Below, piece by piece: positions 50,701-64,000 of a stretch of 64,000 nt of DNA. Source of the DNA: Tubiluchus corallicola (taxonomy: Eukaryota; Animalia; Priapulida); NCBI GenBank assembly GCA_030141605.1, contig JAQGDQ010000026.1, positions 186,001 to 250,000 on the forward strand. The letters are read 5' to 3'. The translations under genes and the position numbers were made by a program. How positions within the stretch are numbered: the stretch's first letter is position 1; each line of letters starts with the position of its first letter. The notes beneath the pieces were generated by a model. It did not search any database. It saw only the letters and a list, made by a program, of their open reading frames with translations, and was not told the DNA's origin.

Positions 50701-53700
50701 ATCAAACGCAGGTAATTATTATTAGTTTAAGCTTTGATTTAAAAAAAGCTATTGTAGTTTTCAATATTTTCAGAATACTTCATTCTGAGTTAATGTTTAC
50801 ACAATCGCCCGGTTTGCCTTTAAAGATTATATTTAAAGATCAGTCCAAGTCGAAATCTCGTAAATGGGACCACGCATTGATCTATCGCTAAATTAAACGT
50901 ATAATAAATAATATGGATTGGTTCTGTAAACCAAATATCTAACAAAAATGTGATTTCAATGATTTTATTGCCTACCAATAGAAAATTATGCCTACACATC
51001 AAGGCACCGCCTACATCCTTTAATTTTATAGTTTATTAACAATTACTACGAAATTGCTTGCTTACCGTATTTGTAATTGTTTGGTTGCGCTCTGTAATCT
51101 AGTGTCATGCATCTGTCTATGTCAATTTTGATAGTATCAGGCGCGTCAGGACAGATTTTTAACATTTGTTCCCAGTTGGTACAGTTTTCAGCTGGATCCT
51201 GTGGTCTTTTAGTAACCCCTGTTTTAATACACAATTCTTAATGATCGTTGAAAATTTATTACAAGTGTAAACTGCAAAGAAGATACACTGAGGTGGCATT
51301 TTGCCTAAGAATAGGTTTATTGTTCCTAAACATAAATTATGTATGCAAATTAATTTACCTTCACGTATTGTGAGTGGAGTTTGTCCTGCCTGCTGGAAAG
51401 TGAACATTCCTCTTATAGAGCAAGGTACCGGTACAGGATTCTTGCTGACGAGTATGTTGTATCTCCACCAGGCGGCATTGCTGAATGCTGTCCATGAACA
51501 TACAGCTCTAAAGTTCTTCTGAGGGAAGGCTCTGCCCTGACGAAATCGTATCAGATTGTGATGTCTTGGGAGGAAATCCCAACACATATAGTCTACCTGA
51601 CTGAAATAAGTTTAGTTGTTATTCCCACGGTCTTCCGAGAACCAGCAGAAGATAGCGCCCCTGTGAACGCCAGCACCTACAGTGTCATGTTTTACAGGGC
51701 AACTTTGTAATTGTTACAGAAAAAGACGGTATTATTGCACAATAAATTTTCATATTGCCGCCATATAAGGCTACAAGCACTGCTAGTACTATAATAATTT
51801 CAAAGGTTTGTGGCGTAGCTAAAAGGTTCATCATCATCATCGTCATCATAATCGTCATCATCATCATCATCATCATCGTCGTCGCCATCATCATCGTGTA
51901 TGGGACTGGTGCAACAGGCTGTACAAGACACCCAAGGCATGCACACTAAATTTTGAGGACACGATAGATTTGCTATTCTTTGAGCAGTAATTTGGTGTAA
52001 TATATTCTGTGCTGTTGCTCGTTTTTCGTGTACCTCCTCGGCTCCGAGCAAATGCGTGAACACTGAACAGGCTTGGACCGTGTAGAAAACAGGTAGCTGT
52101 TATGTTAATGAAAGGGTAGTATACGCTATGAGATCTACTGTATATTACAACTACCAGGACATGTCCTTTATCCCATCCCATTTAGTCCCATATTGTCCAA
52201 TAGTCAACAGATGCAAGCAATTTTAACATTTTGTGACATGCCTCAGTGTGATTACTGTGCAATGGAATAAAACCACTCACCAGCCACCCACGCCAAGTTT
52301 TGCTGTAAGCCATCGTGAATCGCGAGACTGTTGACATACGTAATACAGATGCTCCTCTGGGCCTTGGTCAGGTCGACTGATCTCGTGAATATGTGTGGAA
52401 TTGATGATAACCAATGAATCGTAGTTCGCGGTGTTGTAAAATTCTCCTCTGAAGTCATCAGGAAATTTACACCCAGGCATTACAGTTTCAGACTTCACTA
52501 CCAACAGGAACAACGAAAAAAACAGGTCAAAAATTATGCAGTAACAATTACTTATAGGTATATTATGGCTTATCAAGTTCGTTATCGGTATATCCAACTT
52601 AATACACACTGAACAACATTTGGTCATCTATGGTATATCTGTAAAAATTGTAAAAGCATGTGATCCACTTATTTCTACTTAGCCATAGATTACCTGTGGT
52701 AAGAGTAAGTTGCTCATAACCTTCCTTGGCGTTCTTGAGTTCTGAACACGACGCTGTTCTGGATTTTGTCATTAGTAGAGGCTGATCTGTCCTGTCAACC
52801 TGTATAGAAAAGATTTCACTTAACTGGGCAGAAGTCAATGGTCACTGTACTCCAACCAAGATCTCCCTAGGCAAACAGCTATGCACATAACTGAGAAACT
52901 TTTTGTAGCACACATACTACCAACCAAAATTAAGTTTTCAGCTTTTAAAGGATACCATTTCTGGTGCATGCTGATGACAGGTGCACATAAGAGTACTTGC
53001 CTAACATGGTTATTGTTTGGTCGCTCATTTTTGAGATATGAAATTTAGTAATTCACATTCTGACCTTGACGTTTTACTTTTCTAAATTAGCAAATTAGCT
53101 GCAGTCTTAAAGAGTGTGAAGACAAAGATTGCAGCAGATTTGGTTAGATCTCTGCTGCCATTTATCAAGATAATTCAATTCACCAAAGTACCATCTAACC
53201 GTGATCTTTTTAAGTAATAGCCAAACGCCTTTTCAATTATTGGCTGTTTTCACTCTTTTCATTTATTTTTGAGATATTTAAATATAGTAAAACGTGAATA
53301 TGATTTCACTTAATAAAAATTTTGATTGGTTAAATTAAATCTCCCAATAAATTAAATCGCTATAATAAATTGAGAATTCATGGTTAGGATGAAATCATTA
53401 ATGCATCCCCAATGAATTTATCCTAAGAACTAAGTATCAAGTCATTATGCAAAATCCAACCTCGAACTCTGGCTTCATGACCACTTCATTTTGCTCTTTC
53501 ATTTCTGAGAGATGCTACCGATGCAATGCAACATCATAAGATTTTGTGTTCGACCTTTGAAACTCTGAGTGACACAGACTTGTGTCAGGGCAATACGTCT
53601 ACCAAATTTGATTATATTTCGTTAATTTGTTTTATTTTTGGATATGCCATAGGGCACGTCAACATGATATGGGTGGAAACTTCAAGCGACTGTAAGCAGA

Positions 53701-56700
53701 TATAAAAAAAACTAAAAGAAGAGCAAAGGATTTGTGGTGAATTAGACCACGCGTAAAAACTCAAGTGACTATAAAAAAAACTCTGTACATCTGATTCACA
53801 AAACAATAGATAAATGTAACAGACAATTTTCAGAAATAACTGTAGCTGTATAATTTGTGCATTGCTGTGTGCACTAAAAATTATTGACTGACTTACAAAG
53901 CAAGAAAATCGAAGATAGTTTTGATCTTCTCCCATATTAACTGCTACTATATATCTATTTCCATTTTCTGCCACCCACTGTCCAAGACATCCGTATCTGT
54001 ACTCTGAAATTACAAATAAATGACTGTGGGTTAGCCATTGTTTAGCTATTTTTGAGGAGAGAAAACAGTTCCATCTAAATTTCGCTAAATAATTTGTCTA
54101 ACACATACGGTAATCAAACGAAGTCTCCACATCAGTGCATTTTCTATAATTCATGTAGAATCTTTGGTTTTCTATCTCGAAGTTGATGCCTGGTCGTTGG
54201 CAGGCTGTAATGTTGCTGAATGGATGGTTACATCTACCCACAAACAGCGTTTCGTACTGATATGCAAACTGCCAGACGCCTTCAAACGACGCTCTGCAAC
54301 TTTCAAATTTGGGGTCTAAGTCTAGAACAATATAATTTAGTTAACATTAATTCCAAGTAAGAGTTTTCTATTTTCTATATAACTAAACTTTAAGAATTTT
54401 AAGAAAATATATACTACATGGAACGTTCGAGCATAAATACCGGTCTGATAGGGAAATTGCTACACGTGCATAAAGCAACAGAATATTTTTTTTTCAAATT
54501 ATATTTTATTAAATTTGTAAAACAAATCATAATCAATTTAATTATAAGTCTGACAGCACTTACTAAACATGGTTTCAAGCGTGATATACTCCCCAATTAT
54601 CTCTGCGCATGCGACTTGTATGCTTGCGTATATATCACTTCGGTGACATGTGGCTGTTAAAAGTAAAAACACCGATTTACTGCACCTATTTTTCGTTCCA
54701 TGGATAATCTAAAAATAAATATTAGGCCGATAATTCTCAAACTTCATTCTGCTACCTCGAGCTCAAATTGTAAATTAACAGAAAATTGACAAAATTACAT
54801 AGACTTACTTAAGGCCTATTGAGTTTATCATTATTATCAAAATTGAAAATAAGCCTACAGTGCGTATTCCTAATCATTGATTTGCCATCTTTGATCTTTC
54901 CACAGTGGGTTTCTTCGAAATTTACTTGCGTGCTTGTTTAATAAAAGGCTTCAGCTAGATCATTTGAACTTACTCTGTTTCTTTTCCAAAACATTCGGTG
55001 TTCTGTAGTATACGCCAACACAAGTTTTGCACTTCCTAAAAAATAAAAGGATGAATGAATCAGATCCATGCACACATGATAACCCGTTTAATACGACTTT
55101 CCATGAAAGGTTAGCATGAACTGGATGGCAATCTACATTCAGGCTAAAAGTTAGAAGTTGGTATTTCACCAGGGACAGAAATCTTCATGCCAAGCCTTAA
55201 TTTCATTACTGTTACCTCTGCCAGGATTCTTTCTCTCAGAAATATAAATTTGCATAAGTGGGAATTTATACACTTGGGTAGTGGGTACGTTAAAAGTTTA
55301 TAGTGCACCACCTGATCATATAAAACCAACTTATAGAAGAACTACCCAGCATCTTGTAGTTGTTATTTATTGAGAAATTGCTTATATCAAAATGTTAATC
55401 ACATCATTTTTAATGTTAATTTTATTCTCTAAAATCACCTAATGCGCAGAAAGTGAACAAACGTGACAGAACAAGTACACTAAGGTAGGGAAATTTTTAC
55501 GACAAATATCTATTTATTTTGGATTTTGTTTTAGAATGTTTTTGACAGATAACCACTGTTATATGCAGTATTAGAAAATCTTCGGTTCCGCTAAACTGAA
55601 CAGTGGTTTAGTTTTGGACTAAAAATGCAACATGTCCTGCAAGAAATACTTTTCGCCTTAAAAAGAATAACAAGATAGTTTTACCCGTTGTTAAAGAGAA
55701 AGAAATTTCTGTAGACATTGTCAGCATCATTATACAACATTTCCACGCAGCGACCTTTATCTGACATGGAATATTCTTCTATTACATGAACATAGTCTTT
55801 TCCACCTTCGTACGAGTACCACTGTCCCTGCATCAGATGAGGAATTTGGCAAGGATACCCCAGCGCATCTAAAATAGTGATAGTTACAAATTTCCAAAAA
55901 CAAAATCGAGAAAAACTGCTAGAGCACAAATGACTGACTGAGTAAAAATTTAAATTACTTCGTAAATAGGTTACTGATAACTATTTTGCGAGCTGCTGAT
56001 GGGCGCTAGTTTTGGTGTCTCTGACGTCATGTGTTAGATTCGCAGTCATTGGGAAGAATTATTTAAATTATTAAAACGTTTCTTTTCAACTTATCGGAGC
56101 TCTCCAAAGAAGCATGTTCTTGGCTGATATACTTTGCAACTTTTTAACATATTTTAAAATCTCTAATTTCACTCTTCAAATTGTTTGCTGCCAACAGGTG
56201 AAGCGAACATAAAATTAAAATTGCACATAATTATGGCGTAATGATTTTTTTCGTCCTGCCCCAAGGAAAACCTGTAACTCTTGAGGTAAGGGGTTATAAA
56301 GAGAATACAGATAATTAAAACACAGAATTCTTACGACTAACAAGTTAGTGATGTGACAGGACGGATATGTTAATGCGATGAAATTATATTTAATATGGCG
56401 GAAATAATTCCACAGTTTAGAGGGCCGAGTGAAGCAACTAGATTTAAGATTTGAAGTCGGCTTTCCAACATTCAGAGAAATATTAAAAATCTGTTTGACT
56501 GGATTAAATGAACATTTCTTAGCATTGGCCTACATGTATCACATGTTTTTTTTTCACATAAACCCATCGATCGTCAAAATAGACATTGGCTGTAATATAT
56601 GAATGCAGCTTTGTTCCTAGACCTGACAGGCCAATACTTCTAGTTTTAGCTAAGGCGGAATAATAGAAACTATAGGAATAACCAAACATAAAACGCATTC

Positions 56701-58253
56701 CTTCTGTTTCAACCGGCCAATAAACACTAATCGTGCGTCTACCGCCAAAGCGAACTCTGCTATTAAAATTCCTACCGCATTATCCGTGTTTTGAATGTTA
56801 CATGGCGCTTATAATAACTTGAATGGTAATTTACTGATTTTGTTGAAACGGCTGTAAAAACAGGTAGAAATGTGCTACAGGCATTACCCGCTTGTCTGAT
56901 TATGTCGTATTAAAAGTTTTTCCATTATATCAATCTTTGTGCGTCACATACAGCAAACGAATTAATTTTTCGGCTGTGTAAAATATAAATAAGTGTTTAT
57001 CACATTGAGTGCACGTAAAGGCCAGCCACATAATATAATATAAGGTTAAATTTCTGTACTACAAGTACTGCTGAAATAGGTACAGGTACGTCTGAACCAC
57101 TGGAGAATCAAAGCATATCACCTACAATTAAAAAAAAAACCAGTTAAGATGTTCTTTGATTATAAAGTTTTACGCAAAAGAAAAACCGCGTACATAAATG
57201 TCCACCACTTATGGGTAGAGTTCGACACCATTATTCCTGCCCTTGTTGGTCCCATTTAGTAACATACACAAAATGGCGAGGAGCTGACACATGAAGGTTG
57301 TAACCCATTGTGACCTGTTCGTTATAGAGTTGTACAGTACTTATTTACTTGCTTGCTTACTTACTTACTTACTTACTTACTTACTGACTGACTGACTGAC
57401 TGACTGACTGACTGACTGACTGACTTACTTACTTACTGTCTTACTTACTTTCTACCCACATACATACCTACCCATCCACTTACCTACCTACCTACGTACC
57501 TACCTACCTACGAACTACTTACCTATCTACCCACTACTGCCCCTACCTACTTACCTGCCTACCAACCTACCTACCTGCCTGCGTGCCTGCCTGCCTGCCT
57601 GCCTTCCAGTCTGCCTACCTACCTACCTACCTACCTACCTACCTACCTACCTACCTACCTACCTACCTACCTACCTACCTGTATGTACGCAGTAGTCTTA
57701 AGGTACACAGTGTTGCATTCTTTTTCCATATGTCCATTTTATTTATTATATATTTACATTATTAAGATTGAATCTGTAATGAAAACTGAAAACATAGGAT
57801 GTGACTATACACTTTTTATCCTGGGACTGTTGCAAGACATAGTTTCAAACTATGAAGAGCTAATAGGTTGGGCAAAGTGGCCTTTAATTTCACGGCGCTT
57901 CAGCAAGGCACTGTCAAGGACTTAAGACAAGGCCACGTGAGCAGGTCAATAATAATAATATATCCTTCAGACTTGGACAATTTAGGACCCATAGCCATGG
58001 TAATAAATCACTGGTGATTATTCAAGTATGCTGTCTGCGTCTGGCGTGTAAGTGTAGCCCCTGATTTCTGTCTTTTGAAACATTATGTTTGCTGAAAAAA
58101 CCGATTCCTTAGAATTTGACAAAAATGGAAAGATCTAAGGGGCTGCCGGATCTGTCCTAGTTTTTCTCCGATACCTGAAATCTCAACATTGGTAAATAAC
58201 ATAAGATAAATTATTGCTTGTGTACTATTTGCTGTAACTATTTGCATTTTCAT
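47712..58253 (-). CDS. Uncharacterised secreted cysteine-rich multidomain protein, predicted GPI-anchored (resembles the invertebrate DUF7042/DUF7043/DUF7044 family, from memory)
   Basis: Exons (minus): 58253-58175 (signal peptide, tentative), 55868-55685, 55035-54974, 54653-54564, 54321-54109, 54003-53897, 52799-52694, 52497-52281, 51600-51359, 51236-51066, 49903-49797, 49290-49149, 47869-47712. GT-AG and open throughout. Repeated CxxPxxxxGxW/F starts and two CLGxW..RF/YxCF/W modules; ends ESGA...LLLFILIIII. Confidence 0.82.
48200..48790. repeat. Degenerate ~20-bp tandem repeat (cttcacacatcttccagtgc-like) in the last intron
   Basis: Recurrent ttcacacatcttccagtg / ttcacacgttt units. Confidence 0.7.
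51829..51896. repeat. (CAT)n microsatellite
   Basis: catcatcatcgtcatcat run. Confidence 0.9.
57338..57680. repeat. Compound tetranucleotide microsatellite (ACTT)(ACTG)(ACCT)(GCCT)
   Basis: Directly visible. Confidence 0.95.
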
Positions 58254-58899
58254 CCCTATAAGAGACACAACCCAAGAGCGCCATATTTACTAATGCACAT
58301 TTATATAATTATTTAACTAAAAGAGCAAAAGAGCATGAATTTTAATTGCTTATTTCAGAATAAACACCGTCAAGATTTTTGCAACATTGTTTAATTCGTT
58401 ACGGTTTTCTTTGTGTGCATCACCACTTGACTCTTTCTAAGTACTTCCGGATCCCGGTCCTCTGATATGATCTTTTCTTGAAAACTTTTCCAAATTTTAA
58501 AAAATTTTCTTTTTTAGTGCGGCACATTCAAACAGATCTCATCTTCAATTTTTGCACAAACTCGTTATCGTCAGAACAGAAAATCTACCAGGTAATATTA
58601 TTCAATTTTGAGTTATTCAAATTGATTGCCATCTAGAAAAACTGCAATCGCCTGACTTTGAGTAACTCTTGAAGCCACTTATCTCACCACATAAAGCTGT
58701 TACAGCAAGTTCTGCAAATTGTGTGACTCCGATAGCCAAGCTGATTAACAAACAAGTCGTTCCCTGAATTACGTCTTGGGATGTTGAATTTGACCTACCA
58801 ACTTCTTATAGAAGCGCACACACACATATTTATCATATAATACCTATCTAACTATTTATTTATCTATCTAAATACTCTATGCACACACACACACGCGCA

Positions 58900-60264
58900 C
58901 GCACCCACCCACGCACGCACGCACACACATACACGCACGCACGCACGCACGCACGCACACACACACATAATGTATGTGGCGTGTGTCTGTGTAGAATATA
59001 TGTGATGGCGATGGCAACGATGATGAATAAATGACGAAAACGACACGAAACAAACATTTTTCTAAATTTGTTGCTAATTACCGTTATTAAAATCAAAGAA
59101 AACCTAAAATGTTTTATGTATATATAAATATCTGTATGTACTATACCTATACAATCATATTATACAATACCATAAGAACGAAAAAAAACGTAGTGTAGAA
59201 GCAAAACTGTACACCATTGAATATTGTCGTAAGAGTAAGAATTGCTTTTGTAAAACTAAAAAGGTAGCAGACTATAGATCCTAAGTTCCTAGCTGGTGTT
59301 TTTTTGTCTTTGTATAATAGAGTTTATCCGGCATTAAAGCTCAACTTTGCTTTCGCTACACATGTAGTGTAAAATGCCCAGGTAAAGTCTTTCACAAGAA
59401 AAAGAATTGGGCCGCGTAAAATTTCAAAGTGCCTAGCAAAAACTAAGATGCAGAAAACTCACTTCACACCTGTGCCTATTAGAGTGCGCATAGAAATTCC
59501 TTATAATCAATTAACATCTTAATTATGGACTGGAAATACAGATTAACGATTGTTTGTTAATCTGTATTTCCAGTCCATAATTGATGTTAATTGATTATAA
59601 GGAATTTCTATGCGCACCCACCCACGCACGCACGCACACACATACACGCACGCACGCACGCACGCACACACATAATGTATGTGGCGTGTGTCTGTGTAGA
59701 ATATATGTGATGGCGATGGCAACGATGATGAATAAATGACGAAAACGACACGAAACAAACATTTTTCTAAATTTGTTGCTAATTACCGTTATTAAAATCA
59801 AAGAAAACCTAAAATGTTTTATGTATATATAAATATCTGTATGTACTATACCTATACAATCATATTATACAATACCATAAGAACGAAAAAAAACGTAGTG
59901 TAGAAGCAAAACTGTACACCATTGAATATTGTCGTAAGAGTAAGAATTGCTTTTGTAAAACTAAAAAGGTAGCAGACTATAGATCCTAAGTTCCTAGCTG
60001 GTGTTTTTTTGTCTTTGTATAATAGAGTTTATCCGGCATTAAAGCTCAACTTTGCTTTCGCTACACATGTAGTGTAAAATGCCCAGGTAAAGTCTTTCAC
60101 AAGAAAAAGAATTGGGCCGCGTAAAATTTCAAAGTGCCTAGCAAAAACTAAGATGCAGAAAACTCACTTCACACCTGTGCCTATTAGAGTGCGCATAGAA
60201 ATTCCTTATAATCAATTAACATCTTAATTATGGACTGGAAATACAGATTAACGATTGTTTGTTA
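58900..60264. repeat. ~655-bp near-identical direct duplication with an inverted 62-bp insert at the junction
   Basis: Copy 1 is 58900-59559 and copy 2 is 59613-60264. Segment 59556-59617 is the reverse complement of 59484-59547. Confidence 0.93.
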
Positions 60265-60511
60265 TAATTGTGCGTGACATGCTATGAATTTACTGTAACG
60301 GCCTGTTTTCTCTTGTACTTGGTATCAGTTATTTATACAGTGTTTGGATAAATCCAGTCAAAATAAAAATATGAATACAGGATCTTACGTTTTATTAATG
60401 CATACAATTTATTCTTGCGTTCATCCATTCATTTGTTCCTTGTTCAATCATCGTTTTGCATGTTTGTTTCTTCTTATTTGTTTTTCGTTATTTAGTTGAA
60501 ATGAATGAAGG

Positions 60512-61872
60512 AAATTTGGTACAAGAAAGCTTGGTTTAGGTAAGTTTGGTACAGGTAATTTTGGTACGAGGAAATTTTGCCGCCAAGAAAATGTGGTGCT
60601 GGGAATTTTTGGTATGCGGCAATTCTGGTACAAATAAATTTGGTACTATAATCTTAAGGTACAAGGAATTTTCGGTACTAGGAAAATGTAGTATGTGGAA
60701 TGTTTGGTTCGAGGAAAATATGGTACCAGGATTGTTTAGTACAAAGAAATATTGCTACAAGGAAGTTTTGGTACTAGGAAAGTTTGGTACTGAAAAATTT
60801 GGTACTAAACAAAAACGAGAGCATTTCTATATCTCAGTGTAAAATAATTATTTCAACTAGAAAATGAAGAAGTTTGTGCAGTAGGGAGGAAATATGGTAC
60901 TAGGAAAGTCTGGTTTATTAAAAAGTTCATAAAACATTATACTGTAATTAATAGTGTGTTGTCCGTGATTATCTCATCCATATAGGTACATTTAAGAATT
61001 CATCGTCGTATCATCATCATCCATGTAGGTACATTGTATCATCAGCAAAAAATGAAATGCCTCCAGCTCACCATGCAAATTTTCCAAAAAGCTCGGTCAA
61101 TTTGTTTTTTCCGGAAAAATGATCACTTTCTCTGTTTTTTTACAAAAATCATCAAACTGAGATAAGAACGTGGCACTGACGGCTAATGATATCACTGGAC
61201 AGAAACGTCCTGCGTACGCATAGTTTGGTTTCCCGTGAGGCCCACAGTATGGAGTGAGAACTGTACTTCTTGATGATGATGACAACAAAAGCAGCAAACA
61301 AGAACTAACGTACAACAAGAATAACAACAACATCAGTGACAGCAACAATAGCAACAACAGCAGCAGCAACAAAAACAACGACATCAACAGTTACGAAACA
61401 ACAATAACAACAGCAACAAAACGACAAAAGTAACATGATGTGACATGATGCAGCAATAATGATGATAATGGTGGTGGTGGTGGTGATACTAATCACAACA
61501 AAAGAGCGAGGAAGAAACAGACAAACAACAGCAACAATGACCTATAACAAACAACGGACAAAGAGGAAGCAAACAAAAACAAATAAAAAATGAAACAATA
61601 TGAGTGTCTATAACTTGTTCGGGTCGGTTATATAAAATATATTTTCATAATACCAAATTTGTCTTTTCGTGGTACCAAGCTTTCCTAGTACCAAACTTGT
61701 TCCGCGTCATTTTTACCCATATTTACTTGTACCAAAAATGCCTAACAAAACTTCGTTAGTACCATATATACCAGTACCATGTTTTCTCTGTACCAAATTT
61801 TCTCAGTACCAAAGTTACTTGTACCAAACTTACTTGTATCAAACTTATTAGTACCAAACTTACCGCGCACCG
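60512..61872. mobile_element. Foldback/MITE-like element with inverted arrays of ~15-bp TTTGGTAC repeats
   Basis: Left array of tttggtac units (about 60512-60910) and right array of gtaccaaa units (about 61650-61865), enclosing CAA/CAT-rich sequence. Ends and TSD are not resolved. Confidence 0.6.
61268..61590. repeat. (CAA/CAG/GAT)n low-complexity tract
   Basis: acaacaacagcagcagcaacaa runs. Confidence 0.75.
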
Positions 61873-63555
61873 GGTTGAAACAGCCTACCGTAGTAGATCT
61901 ACAGCAGACTTACATACTTTTGTTACACATAATTCCCTTTAACTTCATTCATTTGTTGCCATTTAACGCGACAGTTGTGTTCAAATCTGTGACATTCTGC
62001 TCCAGGCACTGAAACTGGAACTAAAGATAGTAGTACCTAGGTTTATTCATTATTTTGTTATTTACGAGTAGACATAATGGATTTTTTGCACAAATCATTG
62101 AGCACAGTTTGAAGCAGGAGACGTTAACGATACACTTCTGATTTAAACATCAAAACGATTTTGATTATGGGTACATATTCTATTCAGGGCGTATGTTAAT
62201 ACAAATATACCGTTCCAAAATCAGCGACATAGGCCTATAAATGTCTTGCAATGTGGTGTTTTCAGCTGTTTATGACGTTAATCATTTAACAAGCAACATT
62301 TTGAAAAAAAGAAGAGATTCCCAAATAAAACTAAACTTGGTAGGCTTCACAAGGATCTATTCTGACAGAATCTACTGTCCGATCGGTATGATACATCCGA
62401 CAACGGTAAATAACGTGCATTTTATGACTGATTTTTACTTCATCAAAAGCTGTCGAATTCATCGCACGTATCGTAACATCGGTCGCACGCAACATTACCG
62501 CGTATGTGTATAAAATTTATGCCCATTATCTTTGATATACAATTGCTATTATTTTATTTCTTAAAATTAATTGTTATTATTGTCTTACGTTTCTTAAAAA
62601 GCAAATTTCTTTTCTACGTGTAAGTAAAAGCGCTGCAAATTTGAAACTTGTTTGATTAACTATCTACTTCGAGTTCAAAGTAGCCGTACAATCAAAATGT
62701 GTAGCTTGACTCTTTTTGGAGAAGAGCAGACTATACAAAGTTAAAAAGTTCACTTGCGCTGACGTTGCAGTACTGAGAGTAGTCTGCAGACAAAACTGTT
62801 TAGCAACTTTAGAAACACAGTATACAGTAACAGTATACAATTAGGTTTAGATTCTCACTGACCTCACAAAAAAGTCATAAAAATTTTTAATAACTACTTC
62901 ATAGTAAAAAAGTTTTAGCTGGGTAATCGGTTCGCACGCAAATGTACTATAAAAGTAATCCTTTTGTGGCACCATAAAAATTGTTCTTTTGTTAAAAGTT
63001 TATATATTATAATTAAAAGACCAGTTATTTCTCGTAACAGTCGTAGAAATACTAACGTGTTCTTAACGCAAAATGAAGATAGCTAGAGTTAAGTAATTTG
63101 AGCCTTAATTGTTACGATTTGTACATAGCGAACGTAAGTACGATAGAGATAATTATTTATTAATTAGTTCAAAATTACTTGACTGATGTACAATAGAACT
63201 ATTAGAACAATTAATTGACATTAAATATTAGGAAATACAACTTTTATTTAGACTTCAATTTAGTCTAGACTAAAATTGACTATTACGACCGCAGACGTAG
63301 TAGTGACGAAATGTACTGAGATGAAATTAATTTACACTGTAAGGAAATATTTTTCAGTTCATTAATGATATTTCTTAAACGTAGTTCCTATCAGAGTAGA
63401 GTTTTGTTTTGTTATGAACAGGAAGCTCATTAAAACGTTTCAGAATTTCAATACTTTAAAGCGTGTTTGATGAATTTAGGAATGCTCTAATCTCAGTTCC
63501 AACCTGTTTCAAGTAGGGCATGTATCCACTATGCAGCTCAAAATTTTGTGCTTAC

Positions 63556-63634
63556 GCAATTTCAAGATGGTAAGCTGGAATTGTTCTCCAGACGCATTTG
63601 TAATAGTATTGCAGAAATAACAAATTATAAACAT
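63556..63634 (-). other. Candidate upstream exon of the cysteine-rich GPI protein gene
   Basis: ACCATG start and a C|GTAAGC donor (phase 1) that would join in frame to the acceptor at 58255. It could be UTR or coincidental. Confidence 0.3.
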
Positions 63635-64000
63635 GGTTTGGCTTCAAAATTGCTGACGATTTTGTAAATTGGCTCCGCATGGGCATTAAATTTTGAGTAC
63701 GGCAATACGCATACAACTTTTTAAGAGCCTTTTCTATCTTATTCCATTTCAGGCGGCAAACTAGTAGCTTATACCTTAGTTTATATAACACATTATAAGA
63801 GACTGATGAATTCTTCATTTAGCAGACAATGGCAATACGTTTTTCAATCTGTCGAAAATTCCAAGGTATGTTATAGGATATAACTGCTTCAATAAATCAA
63901 GAAGATTCTCCAAAATAGAATCTTAACCACATTCCGGAATTTGATCTTAAGGTATAAGCATACTGATTCATAATGACGACTTATACAGTGAGGGAATTAA

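Noticed and set aside
51651-51668. Third CTCF-like word (cacaggggcgcta, minus)
   Set aside because: One base short of the core spacing; weak match.
51685-52063. Poly-Met, poly-Asp and poly-Ile ORFs
   Set aside because: Translations of a (CAT)n microsatellite in an intron.
58860-59801. Duplicated CVCVRA-type ORFs
   Set aside because: They come from CA/CGCA microsatellites inside the local duplication.

Overview
AT-rich, intron-containing animal (probably bilaterian invertebrate) genomic DNA, not prokaryotic. I reconstructed four spliced genes by hand, with consistent intron phases. (1) A GPATCH2-like gene (+, 3805-11273, 9 coding exons) whose C-terminal G-patch appears degenerate. (2) A DEG/ENaC-family channel gene (-, stop at 15118) with two paralogous, phase-matched first coding exons (23751-24688 and 28089-28897) that both fit one shared set of 10 downstream exons. 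The proximal one carries a 12 x 27-bp repeat encoding DPPQGDGSG, resembling glycosaminoglycan-attachment sites, and uses a GC splice donor. (3) An MPV17L2-like gene (+, 38528-43705). (4) A cysteine-rich, probably secreted and GPI-anchored multidomain gene (-, 47712-58253). Introns and intergenic DNA hold several pogo/Tigger and hAT elements, LINE fragments, a probable solo LTR, microsatellites, and a small duplication/inverted-triplication junction at 58.9-60.3 kb. The most notable system is the two-headed ENaC gene with a candidate proteoglycan-type isoform. Exon models and family calls come from reading the sequence and recalling family motifs; no searches were run.
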